The notes beneath the pieces are model-generated. The model was not told the DNA's origin, did not search any database, and saw only the letters and a list, made by a program, of their open reading frames with translations. From the NCBI GenBank assembly GCA_028717725.1, contig JAQUNG010000001.1, positions 1 to 58,040 of the forward strand: a DNA stretch of 58,040 nucleotides, written 5' to 3'. Made by a program: the position numbers and the translations under genes. Source of the stretch: a bacterium (lineage in GTDB: Bacteria; Auribacterota; UBA6266). Shown here piece by piece: positions 55,213 through 58,040 of the stretch. How positions within the stretch are numbered: position 1 is the stretch's first letter; each line of letters starts with the position of its first letter.

Positions 55213-55974
55213 ATGTCCGTAAGCGTTTGCATAATAACGAAAAATGAAGCAGAAAGAATTGAAAAAGCCGTCCGCAGTGCTTCTTTCGCGGACGAAGTGG
55301 TTGTAGTCGATTCTTTCAGTTCCGACAACACGGCCGGAATATGCGAAAAACTGGGTTGTAAGGTTTTTAAGAGGGTATTTGACGATTATTCGGGCGTTAA
55401 AAATTTTGCCTTGGAAAAAGCCGGCTCCGATTGGGTTTTTTTCCTTGATGCGGATGAACTTATAACAAAAAATTTATCTAAGGAGATTGTGAAAATTACC
55501 GGACACAATACGGACAGGAGCGCTTTCAGGGTAAAAAGAAAAGTCTATATTTTCGGGAAGAGAATCCGCTGGGGCAGCGCCAAAGATGATGCTCCTGTCC
55601 GACTTTTGAGAAAGGGCAAATGCCGGTTTTTTCAGCCTGTGCATGAGGAAGTTGAGGTTAAAGGCTCAACAGGATTGATGTCTGCTTATATGGAACATCA
55701 TACAACTTCTTCGGTCTATGACTATCTCGAAAAATTCAACAAATACACCGATCTCGAAGCGGAGTATATGTACGGGAGAGGCGTGAAACCGCATTTCGGA
55801 TATCTTGCGGTAAAACCTATGCTTGGTTTTTTAAGAGGGTATGTGATAAAGCTGGGTTTTCTCGATGGGATAAGGGGTTGTATTTTTGAAGTTCTTTCTT
55901 TTTTTTATGTGTTTAATAAATACGCGAAGTTGCGCGAACTTATAAGAGTCAGGGGGGAGTATAGAAAAAAATGA
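55213..55974 (+). CDS. Glycosyltransferase family 2 (LPS-core WaaE/KdtX-like small GT2)
   Basis: VCIITKNEAERIEKAVRS...VVVVDSFSSDNT and FFLDADE motifs. Confidence 0.75.
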   Translation: MSVSVCIITKNEAERIEKAVRSASFADEVVVVDSFSSDNTAGICEKLGCKVFKRVFDDYSGVKNFALEKAGSDWVFFLDADELITKNLSKEIVKITGHNTDRSAFRVKRKVYIFGKRIRWGSAKDDAPVRLLRKGKCRFFQPVHEEVEVKGSTGLMSAYMEHHTTSSVYDYLEKFNKYTDLEAEYMYGRGVKPHFGYLAVKPMLGFLRGYVIKLGFLDGIRGCIFEVLSFFYVFNKYAKLRELIRVRGEYRKK

Positions 55975-57014
55975 AAGTGCTTTATAACCTGTATCCTTCG
56001 GCCTTTCAGAATCCGGGCGGCGGAGAGATTCAGATGATGCAGACCAAAAAGTTCATCGAGAAGCGCGGTCTGAACGTTCATCTTTTCGATCAGTGGAAAA
56101 CCGATCTTGGGAATTATGAGATATTACATACTTTCGGATCCGTGAAATACGCGCTCGATGTAATGGAGGCTGCAAAATCAAAAGGATTGAAAAATGCGCT
56201 TTCCACAATCTGCTGGTATGACCTCAGAAGCGCCTGGCATTCTCCCGATTTTACCGCGTCCTCATATAAGAACACCGCAAGATACCTTGCAAAGCTGGCG
56301 TTTCCCCGTTTTCCATCGATGAGGAGAAGAATGTTTGAGATATCGGATTTACTGCTTCCCAATTCCGTGATGGAAGCCGAGCAGATAAGCAGACTCTTTG
56401 CCATCGGGCCGGACAAATTTGTCGTTGTGCCTAACGGAGTGGATATTTCCTTCAGAGATGGAGATGCGGAATTATTCCGCCGGAAATATAAGATCAAGGA
56501 TTTTGTGCTGTATGTGGGAAGAATCGAACCGAGAAAAAACGTTGCCAATATGATAAAAGCTTTTAAAAATTCCGATATACCTCTTGTTATTATAGGAGAC
56601 CATGTGTCGATGTATTCAGCTTATTACAGGCAGTGCAGGGAGCTTGCCGGCGGCAACGTTCATTTTATCGGGCGGATAGAACATGACGATCCTATGCTTA
56701 AATCCGCATATAAGGCCTGCGATGTTTTCTTACTCCCTTCCTGGTTTGAAACGCCGGGTTTGTCCGCGCTTGAAGCAGCGGTTTCCGGCGCGAAAATCGT
56801 TATAACTTCGGGTGGCTGCACAAAAGAATATTTCGGTGATTTTGTCCTCTATGTGAATCCGTCTAAGCCCGGTGATATTTACGGGGCGGTTGCCGAAGCC
56901 CTGAATTCCCGCAAGTCCGAGGGGCTCAAGAACCATGTTGTTAAAAATTTCGGATGGGAAAATGTTGCAGAAATTACAATCGGAGCGTATCGCCGGATAG
57001 CTGCGGAATGCTGA
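55971..57014 (+). CDS. Glycosyltransferase family 4
   Basis: GRIEPRKN and the E-x7-E motif (FETPGLSALEAAVSG). ATGA overlap upstream. Confidence 0.85.
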   Translation: MKVLYNLYPSAFQNPGGGEIQMMQTKKFIEKRGLNVHLFDQWKTDLGNYEILHTFGSVKYALDVMEAAKSKGLKNALSTICWYDLRSAWHSPDFTASSYKNTARYLAKLAFPRFPSMRRRMFEISDLLLPNSVMEAEQISRLFAIGPDKFVVVPNGVDISFRDGDAELFRRKYKIKDFVLYVGRIEPRKNVANMIKAFKNSDIPLVIIGDHVSMYSAYYRQCRELAGGNVHFIGRIEHDDPMLKSAYKACDVFLLPSWFETPGLSALEAAVSGAKIVITSGGCTKEYFGDFVLYVNPSKPGDIYGAVAEALNSRKSEGLKNHVVKNFGWENVAEITIGAYRRIAAEC

Positions 57015-57027
57015 AGCCGTCTATAAT

Positions 57028-58040
57028 ATGAAATATATCTTTAAGAAAAAACGTTTAAACTTTTTTATGGGCCTGTTTGATTTTTTCGGCCGCATCCTTT
57101 TTTTTCCCGGATGGATCAAGAGGCCGTTAAGCGAAAATCCTGAGCGCATTGCCATCCTAAGGTTTGACCATATAGGAGATATAATAAATACCACGCCACT
57201 TCTGAGGTCTTTGAGGAAAAAATATAAGAATGCGGAAATAGATATCTATGTAAGCCCGTGGGGAGAAGAGGCGATTGCCGGCAATCCCCGCGTTGATAAT
57301 GTTTTTGTTATAAAGACGAATATATATGAGCGCGATATAAAAACGAGAATAGGATTCGGTTCGGTATTTGGCGCGGCTTCAGTTCTAAGGCGCAGAAAAT
57401 ATTCGCTCGGGATAAGTGTAAGAGGCGACGCGAGAGAAATATTTTTGCTGAGAATCGCGGGTGTGCGCCATATAGTGTCTTACGGAATCACCGGATGCTC
57501 TTTTATGGCTGACACAGTTCCGGAATATAACTTCGGGACTCATGAGATAGATATTAACCTTAATATAGCCGGGGCATTGGATTGCCCGGAACTTTCCCGT
57601 GAAACGGAATTTTTTGTCAGAGAAGAAGATAACGATATCCGGCGCTTATTCGGGCTGGAGTCCGGTAAGTATTTTGTGTTTCATGTAGGTTCGGGGGCTT
57701 CCTCAAAGAGATGGCACCCCTATAAGTTCGCGCGCCTGATATCGATGTTAAAAGACGATACTTTTAAAATAGTCCTTGCGGGAAGTTCTGCCGAAACAGG
57801 GAATGTAGCGGGATCCCTATCCGAAAAAAAGAGTATTGTCGATTTAGGCGGGAAAACAACTCTTTCTCAACTTGGGGCTGTATTAAGGCATTCGGTTCTT
57901 TTTTTAGGTACCGATTCAGGTCCGGCGCATATTGCCGCGGCTTTAAAAGTGCCGAGCATTGTTCTTTTTAGCGGATCCAATCTCCCGTCACGTTGGGCGC
58001 CGCGCGGGGGGAATGTTAAGGTAATTTATAAAAATACGCC
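57028..58040 (+). CDS. ADP-heptose:LPS heptosyltransferase-family (GT9) gene, partial (3' end outside window)
   Basis: I translated this by hand from ATG 57028; the frame is open to the window end. ILRFDHIGDIINTTPLL and GTDSGPAHIAAALKVPSIVLF motifs. It is absent from the ORF track because it has no stop in the window. Confidence 0.8.
   Translation, partial: MKYIFKKKRLNFFMGLFDFFGRILFFPGWIKRPLSENPERIAILRFDHIGDIINTTPLLRSLRKKYKNAEIDIYVSPWGEEAIAGNPRVDNVFVIKTNIYERDIKTRIGFGSVFGAASVLRRRKYSLGISVRGDAREIFLLRIAGVRHIVSYGITGCSFMADTVPEYNFGTHEIDINLNIAGALDCPELSRETEFFVREEDNDIRRLFGLESGKYFVFHVGSGASSKRWHPYKFARLISMLKDDTFKIVLAGSSAETGNVAGSLSEKKSIVDLGGKTTLSQLGAVLRHSVLFLGTDSGPAHIAAALKVPSIVLFSGSNLPSRWAPRGGNVKVIYKNT

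Overview
This 58-kb window is one co-directional envelope-glycan super-locus. Every credible gene is on the + strand. Many neighbouring genes overlap by 1-4 nt at stop/start, and GTG/TTG starts are frequent. Lipid A, Kdo and heptose genes show the host is a diderm bacterium; I cannot assign taxonomy.

Layout:
(i) 1-2.3 kb: GT4 tail, SPASM-like radical SAM, GT4.
(ii) 2.4-9.8 kb: LPS inner-core block. Order is waaA, then an EIIA-CBS protein, an ArsB/NhaD-type permease and a second EIIA protein, then lpxK, a frameshifted LpxL-family acyltransferase and a GT9 heptosyltransferase.
(iii) 9.9-18.3 kb: two GT4, two GT-C-type membrane transferases, a methyltransferase, a GT2 polyprenyl-phosphate sugar synthase and a B12-binding radical SAM.
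(iv) 18.3-18.7 kb: a perfect 11-copy 10-bp tandem repeat followed by an excisionase-type HTH gene.
(v) 18.7-36.8 kb: a complete pseudaminic-acid pathway (pseB, pseC, pseF-like, pseH-like, pseG, pseI). It is interrupted by about 12 non-canonical genes: a 618-aa orphan; an oxidoreductase plus a second aminotransferase; an Fe-S-domain protein, an SDR, an orphan ABC ATPase and a G3E GTPase; an ATP-grasp, an unknown protein, an enolase-superfamily enzyme and a flavoprotein.
(vi) 36.9-57 kb: Wzx-type flippase, five GT2, three more GT-C enzymes (one YfhO-like), a UPF0104 flippase-like protein, a second B12-radical SAM, a CDP-alcohol phosphatidyltransferase, wecB and a GT4.
(vii) 57.0-58.0 kb: a second GT9 gene running off the window end.

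I saw no rRNA, tRNA, CRISPR, integrase or transposase, and I did not recognise Wzy, Wzz or WaaL.

The two best candidates for something undescribed are:
- the accessory enzyme sets embedded in the Pse pathway;
- the multiplied Gtr-like three-component periplasmic glycosylation modules coupled to B12-radical SAM enzymes.

All functional calls come from motif recognition by eye. No database search was run.
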